From Neodothiora populina (Eukaryota), in NCBI RefSeq assembly GCF_041146345.1, contig NW_027191410.1, positions 620,001-684,000 of the forward strand: a stretch of 64,000 nt of DNA, written 5' to 3'. Below are positions 1-11,981 of the stretch, in pieces. Numbering within the stretch: position 1 is the first letter of the stretch; the number at the start of each line of letters is the position of its first letter. The notes beneath the pieces were generated by a model. That model did no database searches. It was not told where the DNA came from and saw only the letters and a program-made list of their open reading frames with translations. A program made the translations under genes and the position numbers.

Positions 1-543
1 ACTTGACACCGTGACATGATGTCGTCTTCTGAGCATCAGCATGACACCAATAAACTCGCATACCGTACGAGTCAGTGCTCTTGAGCATTACACACTATAC
101 CCACAAAGTTGCCTCATATCAGCATTAAGAAACAATCGGCTTGCAGTAGATCAACTACTCTTATGACTCTTATGCAGAAACAAAGCAAAGCCAAGAACGC
201 ATTTTGGCTGAATCATTTCCAATCCTTTTCCCCGCTCCCAGACCATCAGGTCCAAGAGACAAGTACGGTAACAAGAAAGCCGATTGTACCGCTTCATGTC
301 GTAGCACGTCATGAAATATCAGTATACAGCAAGTATTCAAATGAGATGTCTACCTACCTTCAACCTGCGAAGATGAATACTCAGCTTTAGTCAGGTCTTG
401 GGCGAGAAATTCGGACGTCCGATTCAGTGAGGTCCCCCAGACCGGATCTATCTTATTGTAATTACCTTATTATTAGCCAAACGCGACGTCGTCTGCGCCC
501 GCACCTTAATTAGTCAAAAGTGTAATCGAGCAAAGTAGCCGGA

Positions 544-549
544 CCTCGG
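544..549 (+). promoter_or_regulatory. CCTCGG FarA/FarB (Ctf1)-type fatty-acid induction site upstream of FAT1
   Basis: Exact hexamer ~360 bp upstream of the ATG of a fatty-acid activation gene; short motif so it could be chance. Confidence 0.4.
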
Positions 550-903
550 TATCTGTCGTGCAAATTGGGTCTTCCACCACCATTACCCCTCCAAAACTAC
601 TTTTTGTATTACGTGAAACAGGTACAGTAGAATGCATGCAGGAGGTAGGTAGGTAAGTTGGTTTCTTTGGGAAGAAGATATATACAATGTATGTCGGCTA
701 GCCCAAGTAATACTGTTCCCGTCCGGTTGGTATGTTTCCGTTTCCTTTCTACTTCTCGATCTTGTAGACTTTCCTGTCGGCACCTTTTTGATACCCAAAT
801 TTCCAATTCAATTGCTCTCTTGTGGTCGTGCAATTGAACAGAGTCTAGCTAAGAAGCGGACGTTTGTATGGTAAGGAGGTTGGTCGGGCATCGTTGATAA
901 GAC

Positions 904-2768
904 ATGGCGTGTAAGACAATCGTGTCTTCTACCTTTAAGGGAAAATAGCAGACTAAACACATAGACATCAGTCACTCTACCGATTGCCGCCCCGGCTGTC
1001 GTAGCATCACTGGCCTACCTTAATGCAAAGACCGGCTTCTCCTCAGATTTCACACTTGTCAAGGCAGGTGTACTGGGTGGAATCGCAGGACAGCGCGCAC
1101 AAAAGACGAACAAATTAAACTTGTTTTGCATCCTGGAACAATACGCACTATCGGCTACCCATGGACAAAGATCATTTATTGCCGTCCCACCGACTATCTC
1201 CAAGGACGTCACAGACATTCCGGACGTACGTGATCTCGAATGTGTCGAGTACACTTATAGACAAGTATACGACGTGGTTTTGTTATATGCAGCATGGTTG
1301 AAACATAAGCATGGTGTGCAGAAGGGCGACATCATTGCCTTGAACTTGACAAATAAGCCCGAGTTTGTGTTTCTCTGGCTTGCCATTTGGTCATTAGGAG
1401 CCAAGGCAGCTTTCATCAATACCGGGTTGAGGGAAGACGCTTTACTCCATTGTATCAAGACGTCGTCGACACGGCTACTTTTGCTCGATCCAGACCTCGA
1501 GGAGTGCATCCCGGCTGTACAGTCTGGCTTGGCAGAGACTGGTGTGACTACTGCCGTGGTTACCAAGGACGTGGAAGCAAGATTACGAAGCAATGGAGCC
1601 TACTATCGTGCTCCGGACGAAGATCGTGCAGGTCAGAAACTGAGCGATATGTGTCTCCTCATCTTCACTTCAGGTACTACCGGACTACCCAAGCCTGCTG
1701 TTGTTCCATGGCGGAAATTTCTCGTCTCCGGCAGGACTGTATCCATGTGGCTGGGGATGAAGTCTACAGATCGATTCTACACTGTGAGTGCCGCCCCTAT
1801 TCTGAACGAAACCTGAATGGAGCTAATTCGAAAAACACCAGGCTATGCCACTCTACCACAGCTCAGCAACCGTATTGGGACTGAGCCTCGTTCTTCATGT
1901 TGGTGCAACGTTCATCGTATCAGATCATTTCTCACCAAGGACTTTTTTTGCGTCTGCAACAGCCAGCAAAGCAACGATAATGCAATACATAGGCGAAATG
2001 TGCCGCTACCTGACCACGACGCCTGCCACGCCCTTCGACCGCGCTCACAACATCCGCATTGCGTTCGGCAACGGTCTACGTCCAGACGTCTGGCAGTCCT
2101 TCAAGTCCCGCTACAACATCACCGAGATCTGCGAGTTTTACTCGGCGACCGAAGCCGTGGGCGGGACATTCGTCAAGAGCAAAAATGACTTCGGCGCCGG
2201 CGCCGTGGGACGATCAGGCGCGCTTCTGAGGACTCTGTACGGTGCGCGAGAAGCCATCGTCAAGCACGACGTTGAGACGGGCGAGCCCTGGCGAGATCCA
2301 GAGACGGGTCTTTGCGCGAGAGTTCAAGCTGGCGAAGCAGGTGAAGCACTCAGCTGGCTCGACCCGGCCAATATGGAGGATAGATATGTCGGGTACTTTG
2401 ACAACGCCAAAGCATCCAACAGCAAAGTCCTGCGGGATGTGTTCAAGAAAGGAGACGCGTGGTACAGAAGGTATGAAAAATCCCTTTTCTTCTTTTTGCC
2501 ATCCCCTCTATAGTATCTGTTGTTGTCTAACACCGAAGCAAGCGGCGACCTCCTTATACGCGACCCCCAAGGTCGTCTCTTCTTCATCGACCGCATCGGC
2601 GACACATACCGCTGGAAGTCGGAAAACGTATCGACAAACGAAGTCTCAGAGCTCTTTGGCTCGCACGCACTCATCTCCGAAATCAACGTCTACGGCGTCG
2701 AACTGCCGGGCCACGACGGACGGGCTGGATGCGCAGCATTGATCCTCAAAGGCAACTCATCCCAGAAG

Positions 2769-2800
<32 letters not shown>

Positions 2801-3086
2801 CGATGACAAAGAATCAGAAGAGGAAAAGAAAATCATGCGCTCACTAAGCGAGCACGCCCGGCGCAAGTTGCCCAAGTACGCCGTCCCGCTGTTCCTGAGA
2901 CTCGTCGATAAATTCGAAGTCACGGGCACGAGCAAATATACGAAACACGGACTCCGAACGCAGGGTGTGGATCCCGAGAAAGTCGGGGTTGACAAGGTGT
3001 TTTGGCTGCCGCCTGGCGCTGAGACGTATGTGCCGTTTCGTAGGGAGGACTGGCAGCATATGAAGGCTGGTCGTGTCAAGCTTTGA
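904..3086 (+). CDS. FAT1: Very-long-chain acyl-CoA synthetase / fatty acid transport protein (FATP family), 4 exons
   Basis: ATG GCG T|GTAAG at 904 splices to CAG 971 giving MAFTLPIAAPAVVASLAYLNAK; AMP-binding motif IFTSGTTGLPK; FATP motifs MPLYHSSA, YIGEMCRY, EFYSATE, WYRSGDLL, FIDRIGDTYRWKSENVST; introns ~911-971, ~1784-1841, ~2471-2542; C-terminus RVKL. Confidence 0.93.
2769..2801 (+). repeat. (AAC)11 microsatellite encoding poly-Asn inside FAT1
   Basis: Perfect trinucleotide run, translated QKNNNNNNNNNNNDDK. Confidence 0.95.
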
Positions 3087-3422
3087 GGCCAGCGAGGAGG
3101 CTGGGGGTTTTGGACGTTCAGCAGAAATATGTTTGGGATGGCTTCCTTTGGCTTTGTTTATTGGACCTGGGTCAAGGTCATGATTATTGAAAGTCCTCAC
3201 ATGCTGAACAGAAGGCGGAAATGTACATTTTCTGATGCATTCATGATGCATTGCTGTTTTTGAATTACAATTATACTATCCTGAGGATATATATACACAG
3301 TTGGCTTTTTTGTTGCACTCATACATAATTCGTGTCGATGACATACATGACCAAGACAGGATCATTAGCTATTTTCGCTTCGCTCATCAATGACTGGATG
3401 GAGCTGTCAAAACTGTCAAGAT

Positions 3423-4750
3423 TTATACTCTGCCAATGTGGACAGGCATATATCTCTTGCCAGAACTGCTTCTCCTCATGCGTCTTCCGGACTCCAGATC
3501 TCTCTTGAGCGCGGTACCGCCGCCCTCCTGCGGGGCTCCAGGGCCAAAGTCAGGCTCGCCGCCAAGAGTGGCGAATATGTCACCAACGTAATTGGTGGCA
3601 TTGACGCCGTGGGCGAAAGTGCTGTTCCAGCCGTGGAGGATTCCCTCGACGACCTTGACACCAGCGAGATAGATGTTAGCGATGGCGGGCTCGAAGCCTC
3701 CCTGGGCGGCGTAGAACAGGTTGTAAGTGGCGGCCTCGCCGGGGTAAGGGCGGTCGAAGTCGGAGATGGTTCTCATGTTGATGATTCTGCTGAAGTCGAC
3801 GCTCTTCTCCACTGCGGCGCGGAGCAGGGCCTCGAGAGTCGCGTTGTCCTCTTCCGCCGTCGAGCAGTAGATGCCGCTGCCGTTGGTCATGAGCGTCGTG
3901 AAGTTGCTGAAGGCTTCGCTTAGGATCGTGCCGCTGTAGTAAACATCTGAGGTGGCCACGTCGCAGAGGTTGATGCCAGGTCCGGCAGTGGCGGCCTTGT
4001 AGGCATCTGAAGCAGCGTACATGGCGCGATACGCAATGGCATCCGTCGAGTCGTTACTGTGAGGGTCGTCAGTATGCTCTTCAAGAAGTGCAAAACGAAT
4101 GCGGATAAAACGTACAGGGTAGCGTTGCGAGCAAAGTTAGCAGCCATCTTCTGGAGGTTCTCGTTCAGCTCGAAAACCTCGGTGCCGTAGATGTTCTGGG
4201 GGTACTCGTCGGGAGTCGTGGAGCCGAGAGGAACGTAACCGGTGGAGAAGTTGGCCTCGATCTCTCTGGGGTCAAACTCATACTGGAGAGCGACCTGCAC
4301 AGCGTACTTGGCAAAGGTGACCGAACCAAGGGTGGTGTGTTCCGGGTTACCACCACCAATACCGGCGATCAGCCAGTAGGTCGAGGCCAGATCGAAGCGG
4401 GGGGAGCGGACGAGAGATCCGATGGTGACTGCAGCATTGATCTCGGACTCTCCGGTCACGACCTGGCAGACCTCGCCGTCTTCAGTGCAGTGGACGTCAG
4501 GGAAAAGAGGAGAAAGTCCAGGAACAGTGATGTTCAGGCCGAGGATGTCAAATTCGGGGATGCCGAACCAGATGTCTTGCTCGGGCTTGAACATGGATAC
4601 AATGAACACCTTGGGCTTGACGATATACTCAAAGGCTCTTGCCTCGAGAGCAGAGACCTCGACAGGCTTGGAGATGACCAAGCCAGAGACGGCAGAAGAC
4701 AGAGCAGTCAGGCTCAGAGCAGCCGACGAGAGGGAGGTAGAGAATCGCAT
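3423..4750 (-). CDS. Purine nucleoside permease (NUP family), secreted-type signal peptide, 2 exons
   Basis: N-terminal hydrophobic signal MRFSTSLSSAALSLTAL; family-like segments PKVFIVSMFKPE, TGESEINAA, YWLIAGIGG, VQVALQYEFDPRE, CDVATSDVYYSG, AEEDNAT, RTISDFDRP; intron ~4057-4115 joins ORFs 3920..4750 and 3423..4022. Confidence 0.88.
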
Positions 4751-5291
4751 GGCGGCGTCAACAGTAGCTTGCCCAAGGAAGTGGAAATGCCTACGATTGG
4801 AAGACCTACTGTAGCTCTAGCTGGGGGTCACGACCTCTTTATGCCGGATAGCTTCATTACACCAGGATCTCACGATTGCATGCCTTGAATCCATGCAGCC
4901 TTGCCTTGCCCCGGACCTCGCCGTTGACTCAACCATCTATCGCGAAGGATTGCGTGAACATTGTTCATTATCATTATTTTTTCTCCAAATATGTCTGGTC
5001 TTATCGTGAGCACGTACGTCATGGCGCAACATGCTTGCGCTGCAGGAACCACGGTGGGGCATACCACTGTGCCGGACACTTTGCTACAACGGGCAGCTGC
5101 TCACGATAGCGCCCGAGCTTAATTGTCTTATCTTTCACTATCCGGCGTATCTACCCCATAGCAGCAAGCAACGGGAGAATCGCTCGGCATGCTTGTCAAT
5201 ACTTCATGGACTTCATGCTGTTTTCTGCTCATGCTGGCGATATCGAAGCGAAGTTCTTGAGGCTAAGTTCGGAGACGTGAACCGCTAACCC

Positions 5292-5307
5292 TTCGGCGAC
5301 GACCGAA
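5292..5307. promoter_or_regulatory. TTCGG-N6-CCGAA palindrome, UaY/Ppr1-type Zn2Cys6 binding site upstream of the nucleoside permease
   Basis: TTCGG CGACGA CCGAA read directly, ~545 bp upstream of the permease ATG at 4750. Confidence 0.6.
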
Positions 5308-5630
5308 GTGACGCTATAGGATCTTGATAGTTTCAATGGTACGGTATGGCTGTCTAGACCAACATACAGTACTGTTCTGCATCGTCAACTAACGTTCATG
5401 ATCAGGCAAGTCCGATATAGGCCACGCTAAAGCCATGCATGTCTTCCAATATACTGTAGCTTCCTCGGCCACTTTCATCCGTCCCCAATGTCTGCAGGTA
5501 CCCGTGAAGGAATCATGGTAGTGTTGATAATCACGCTCGAGATACACAAACAAGTGCAGTAGTGTATCAAAGCGTGCGGTAAGGCCCATATCTCACCCGA
5601 GCAGTCAATTCCTAGAAGAGTCGGCATCGT

Positions 5631-8385
5631 TCACTCGATCTCTGGAATGTCCAGACGACTCAGGCGCTCCTGCGCCTCGACAAGCTTTTGTCTTTCATTT
5701 TTGAGCGCGATACGTTGTGCTTCGCGGAGCGGATCTTCGAGCAAAAGGCGTGTGCAATGTTCGTGGGCTGTACCAAAGAGGAATGTTAGCAGGGTGAGGG
5801 GATAGAGTCAAGATGTCACATACCATTCTCATTGCCAATTTCTAGACCGAGGAGCAGTTGCTGATGCAGACCGCTGCGGCACTGCTCGAGGCCGTGTTGC
5901 GTCTCTTGAACCACACGGTCCAAGAACCGAAACATGGCTACTCGATAGTAGCCACAGACTCTCGACATGACCTCGATCTCCTTCTGGAATACATCTGCGC
6001 CCAGAGACATGCGCAGGGTCTTGTCGTTTTGGATTTTCTTACTACGATCGGCACCACTAGTGATTCTGCCCGTGCGCTGCTCAGTCCTGTCCAGGTACTC
6101 AATCGCGCGCTTTCTGTAACGTACGGCTTCGATGCGCTCGAGCTCCTCTTTCTGCTTTTTGTCGATGTCTTCGTTGTTCAATGTGAGCGGCTTGAACAAC
6201 TCGAGTTGGAGCGCGCGACAAGCATGGGCGCGCTCTTCAGACATGGTGACATCAATAAAGCTGTCAACCATCTTCTTCGTTTCCCTATAGAACTCGGTGG
6301 CCGACCATTTTCCGCAGGTCTCGTGGAAGACCTGACCAAGCTTGTCTTTCAAAATGATCGCAATGTCGTGCAAGAACTTGTCCATTGGCCCTTTCCAGCC
6401 AGTGAGGCACTCTGACCTCAGGTGATCGACCGCTCGTGGGTCAATCTCACCCGGAATGTCGCTCATAGTGAGGTTCTCCAGTGTGGAGCGGATCTCCATG
6501 AGGGTGAAAACCCGCTGCGCAATCTCCTTGAATTTGGGCCTCGGATTGGACCTCATGTTAAGCATCTTGAGACGATCAGTCGCAGACGACGATTCGATAT
6601 CGACCTTTCTTTTCTTGTTACTCGTTGGGGTAGAGGTAGCGACAGCGCAAGGCGTGTGCCTTCCTTCGTGACTCGCTATATCGTTCATGTCTTCGTCCTC
6701 ATCCTCGGAAAGTAGATTGACTGTGGCCGCAGGACCATTCGGCAGAAATCCTTCTGGCGTTGCTACCTTCAAGGTTGGCTTCAGGTCTTTGAGGGCTTCT
6801 CTGAAGGAGACTGCGACCTTCTTTACATCGTTGCGGAACTCGTTGTGAGGGAAGCTACCTTCCAGGTGTCGCTCCGTGCTCGTCTTGAAGAGTGTCAAAG
6901 CCTCAATGATGTGACCCAATGCATTAGCAGGGGGGTCTGGATAATTCTGTAGATCCAGATCCACATGGGCAAGGCGAGCATCGATACGATCAGAAATATC
7001 TGGAAGACTCTTCCTGATTTGGTCCGCGAGCTTTCTGGATAGGGCAATCTGCAGCTGCGATGTGCCGAAACGGTGCTGAAAGTCCTTAAGCGTATTGGAC
7101 CAGGGTTCCTGAGCAAAGAAGTGTGCCTCTTGAAGGCGTGCCTCGTCGGCGCTGATACCCGTATCCAGCATGAGCTGCGAGGGTTGCATGGCAACAAAGT
7201 ATCCATGCCCGACAGTGAACGTCTGACCAGCGAGGACTTTTCTCACATCTTCGAATTGGCTATCCGCGGGCCTGCGGTCAGGTTTGGTGAGGACACCAAC
7301 GCATCTTTCCTTTGCACCCGCGCAGTCCTCCACAATTTTGGAGGCGCGAGAGTTCGCCATATCAGACTCCATGGAGCAGGCCAGGAGTACGAGTGTATTT
7401 GGGTTGCTCACGTAGGCTTTGACCAAGGCTTTGACGAATCTGACAAGCCACTTGTCTGCGGCGACCTCGGTCTGATTGATCACACCAGGAAGATCTACGA
7501 AAGAGAGCGATGGGGAACCAGGCTCCCTGATCTCCAAACGTACGATGTTGGGCGAGAATGGTACCCTAAGCGGCAGCTCAGACACGTACAATGCGTCTAA
7601 ATATCTGGCTGGCTTGTCTCCAGGGTTCAAACAAGCAAATTGAGCCCGGCGAATCAATTCTTCCAGCGCTGATCTATCATAGGTCTGGGCAAAAACGACC
7701 TCATCGGGGTCATATTTTTCGCGCCAATTGCCGAATGGCGAGGGTTTGCCTCTTTCATCGAGAGCGGGGCTTGAATAGTAGTCATAATGCTTCTGCAGGG
7801 TGATGGTGCAAGACCATCTGTCATCTGCACTATCCGTAGGGGTCAATGATATCTGAAGAGGGCACTAGGGAAGTCGTCAGCAGACGGTGGGGATAAGATG
7901 AGGTGTGACTGACTCTAGTGCAGGTTCCAGAGCTTCGTGGAACTTTGATTCCGCTATCAATGAATTAGCAAACCAAATCATCTGTAGTGTCGTACGGAGA
8001 GCAGTACCTGATGCCTTCGATGAGCTGTAGATTATGTCAGTGTGGTTTCAATCTAATGGAACATGCCACCTGAACTCACAGAACTTTTGCCAGCACTCTG
8101 GTCGCCAACGACAACAATCTTTGGCAGGGGCAAATCCTTGGTTTCTATACCCAAAGACTGGAGCTTGTCTACAGCTTGAACAAGAGCCTTTACCTTGTAA
8201 CCAAGGATGTTGATGCCAGAGTCAGCATTACTTCCTGCCTCAGAAGCAATGTCGTGGTTGGCTGGAGTCGTCGAGGAACGTCCTGTAGCAGAAGGAGCCG
8301 CAATCTCATCCACCAATGGGGCAGGGGTGTCAGAAATCGGGACGGGGACGATGCCGGTCATCTCGCTGTCAACTTGGTCCGTCAT
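5631..8385 (-). CDS. Dynamin-superfamily GTPase (Mx-like fungal dynamin-related protein), 5 exons; start uncertain
   Basis: LPKIVVVGDQSAGKSS (G1), spliced mini-exons 8008-8024 (LIEGIS) and 7914-7953 (GIKVPRSSGTCTR) then CPLQI; G3 SFVDLPG; G4 GVLTKPD; last exon 5631-5767 has GED-like LLLEDPLREAQRIALKNERQKL ending in TGA. Confidence 0.85.
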
Positions 8386-9688
8386 GATAGATGCCCTGGG
8401 TGCTGGTGTAAGGGTTGCCTGACGATAAGCCAATGGTGAGGCCGCAGCAGGGCCAAGGGACTTTTCGCGTTTGATCCGCGAAGACCTTGTCAGAGTCCTG
8501 TGCACAGTCAGACTTGGAGTTTCAGAGAGTGGTGGGACAAGCTAACATGAGTTATGTTTTTTCTCGCCAACAGAGTGTTGGAAAACAAGTCGAGCAAGAT
8601 GAGAGTGGAAGAGAATGCGCGAGAGTGGATGGTATGTCTTCAAAAGGCGTTGTTGTTATTGAAGAGTGAGATGGACACCAAGAGGTATTTTATACACGGG
8701 GATTACACCTTCACATTGCACACAAGATGATTCGATACGGAGGATGTGTTATCAGTAACCTACAGTCCACATACTTCAACTTGAAGTGTCCGATCACTTC
8801 TATGATTTCCAAGACCAGTGCTGTCATGACTTGTTGAAATGCACGACAGACAAGGTGGCATTAACTTGTAACAGCACAAGAAGACATGGAGCTGTGTCAA
8901 GTCGTCCTTGAGTACTGTCCACTACACAGGACTTGCATGTCATCACGAAGTTCTCTGTACGGTGTAGCTGCTATATCGTTTTAATGCGTGAAGTATGCGT
9001 GAAAGGCAACATTATGCAACTGGAGAGGCTGGGTGACCCACAATTGTGTTACACAGATTGCCGGGGTGCGACAATCAAGCAAACGCGAGGGCTACGGTCG
9101 AAGAGGCAAGACTGCCATTCTCGGTCGAGTATAACACATCTCGACGTTGTAGGACGATGGATGTCTCTATAAGCCAAACAGAAGAAGTAGCATCGCCGAG
9201 GTCAGGAGTCGTATCCGTTGCGGGCGAAGACAGTGCGACCAGCAAAGTAATTCGCCATCATCGTAGTCATTGTTTCTGTCCTGATTTTGACTTCCGCGAA
9301 TAGCATCATACGAGAGAGCTGCTTGCAGAACTGCTAAGCAAGAGGGTCGCGACGTCATGGTCAGTCTGAAGTTGTAAAGGGTGGCGTGTGAACACGAGGA
9401 ACGGCGTCGGAGAGTCAGGGGCTACCTTCCCGTCTGTTGTACAAGGAGAACGAGGAGGAGCAACAGCAGCAATAGGAAAGGGAGTCCGCCCCGCAATGTC
9501 AATGCGCTTTACGAGCCCAGAATAGACGTAGACACAAGCTCGACAAGGGATCAGGAGCAACATTTGGGGAGACACGTTTATTATTACCAAAAAAGACTCC
9601 CTTTCTTTTTGCTTCTGCTTTTTCAATTGACAACCTTTTCATTTTCTCCCGATTTGACTCGCTCCATCACTCTGTTACTCTGATAGTC

Positions 9689-11305
9689 ATGGCGTCTCTG
9701 CAGATCCCCATGCGCAACAAGAGTGGCCATGTTCCCACCACTAAGGCTGTAGTTCTGGTATCATATATATACACCATCAGATAAAAAGTACGAGGAGCTC
9801 TGACACTGACATTTATGGCGAACAAAGGTCGGAGGACCCAGCAGAGGAACCAGATTCAGACCATTGTCTCTCGATCTACCCAAGGTGAGCTTCTTTTTCT
9901 CTATGCTGCGCGACTTCCTCTACTTGCCCCTCCTACCCCTCTTGCTGCCTGATATGAACATGTATATCTACCTTCCTTCACTCTGGCCATTCCTCTCTGA
10001 ACAACCAAACCACAGCCTCTCTTCGAAGTCGCCGGACACCCCATCATCGAGCACTGCTTCAACGCCATCACCAAGGTCCCCTCGATAAAGGAGGTCTTCA
10101 TCGTCGGTTACTATGACGAGTCCGTCTTCCGCGACTTCATCAAGGATGCGCACAAGGAACACCCGCACATTTCCATCCGCTACCTGCGCGAATACACAGC
10201 TCTGGGAACGGCAGGCGGTCTCTACCACTTCCGTGACGCCATCCTCAAGGGCAAGCCCGACCGTTTCTTTGTTCTCAACGCCGATGTCTGCTGTTCATTC
10301 CCCCTGAACGAGATGCTCCGACTGTTCGAGGAAAAGGACGCCGAGGCTGTGATCCTGGGTACCCGAGTCAGCAACGAGGCCGCCACGAACTTCGGTTGCA
10401 TCGTCAGCGACTCGCATACCAAGCGCGTGCTCCACTACGTCGAGAAGCCCGAGTCACACATCAGCAACCTGATCAACTGCGGAGTCTACCTCTTCAGCAC
10501 CGAGTGCATCTTCCCTGCCATTCGCACCGCCATCAAGCGTCGCGCAGATCGTCCCCGTCTCCTGTCATACCCTTCGTCAGAAGCTCTCGACTCCCAAGAC
10601 TTCACCCTCAACACAGCCGACGACGACGAAGATGAAGAAGTCAAGACAGAAGTCATCCGTCTGGAGCAAGACATTCTCTCCGACCTGGCCGACACAAGCA
10701 AGTTCTTCGTCCTCGAGACCAAAGACTTCTGGCGCCAGATCAAGACCGCGGGCTCTGCCGTGCCCGCCAACGCCCTCTACCTGACCAAAGCCTTCCAGCA
10801 ACAGAGCCCGGAGCTGGCCAAACCGTCGGCGACGATCCTGCCTCCAGTCTTCATCCACCCGACCGCAACCGTCGACCCGACGGCCAAACTCGGGCCCAAC
10901 GTCTCCATCGGTCCGCGCGCCCACGTCGGAGCCGGCGCCCGCATCAAGGACAGCATCGTCCTCGAAGACGCCGAGATCCGCCACGACGCCTGCGTCCTGT
11001 ACTCGATTGTCGGCTGGGCCTCGCGCGTCGGCGCCTGGGCCCGCGTCGAGGGCACCCCGACCCCGGTGCGCGAGCACTCGACCAGCATCATCAAGAACGG
11101 AGTCAAGGTGCAGAGCATCACGATTCTGGGCAAGGAGTGTCACGTGGCCGACGAGGTCAGGGTGCAGAACTGTGTCTGTCTGCCGTACAAGGAGCTCAAG
11201 CGGGTGATTTTTTCCCCTTTTCCTTTTCCTCTTCTCTTTTCTTTTACCGATGCAGTCGCTGACCTTGTTGTTTCTTAGGACGTTCAAAACGAAGTCATCA
11301 TGTAG
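9689..11305 (+). CDS. Mannose-1-phosphate guanylyltransferase alpha-type subunit (GMPPA/Mpg2-like), 4 exons
   Basis: Spliced N-terminus TKAVVL|VGGPSRGTRFRPLSLDLPK|PLFEVAGHPI; LGTAGGLYHFRD, HYVEKPE, FWRQIKTAGSA, hexapeptide repeats; terminal exon DVQNEVIM*. Confidence 0.9.
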
Positions 11306-11981
11306 ACGTCGGAGACACAAAAACAAGAGAATGGCGGGAGCAAGAAGAAGGAGACGAGAGAAAAGAGATGATATTAATGAGAGACAGAGCAAAGAGTGCA
11401 GAGCGAACCAAACAAAGAAAAGCAGGAAAAAAGCAACCAGGAAAACAATACAAACACTCGGCACGTTTTCGAGTGAACAAGCACCCGGTGGTAGTAGTCA
11501 GTATTCAGTATATCCCTTGCAATGACGAGAGAAGATGAAAAGAAAAAGACACCATGATTCAAGAGTGGACGGCAATAGACTTGTTTTCCCTTTTCTCTTT
11601 TACCCCAATTTCAAGTGTCTTTGAGATGGGATCCAGTAAGATCATGATGAAGGTATGACACTCATTGTGGTGCTGTTTCATAGGGTTGGTAAATTCTTCT
11701 TGCTTCATTGACACGTTTATATATCCCGATCTTTTGTCTCTTTCTCCTTTCTCTAAGCCCTTTTCCTGATGACCAACAGAAGAAACAAAATCAGAAGGAA
11801 TAGGAAGAGAAATGAATCTATCTTTCGTTTCCGTCTTGCTTTCTGCGATCATATGCTCCTCATGCTAGAGTTCCTCTTCACGTGAAGCGGATGAGGATCT
11901 ACGTCTATGAGATGTTCTCGTCGATTGGCAGGTGTGTTTGCGTCGTCAGTGTAGGTGGGGTGTCAGACATCGTTCGCTGGC

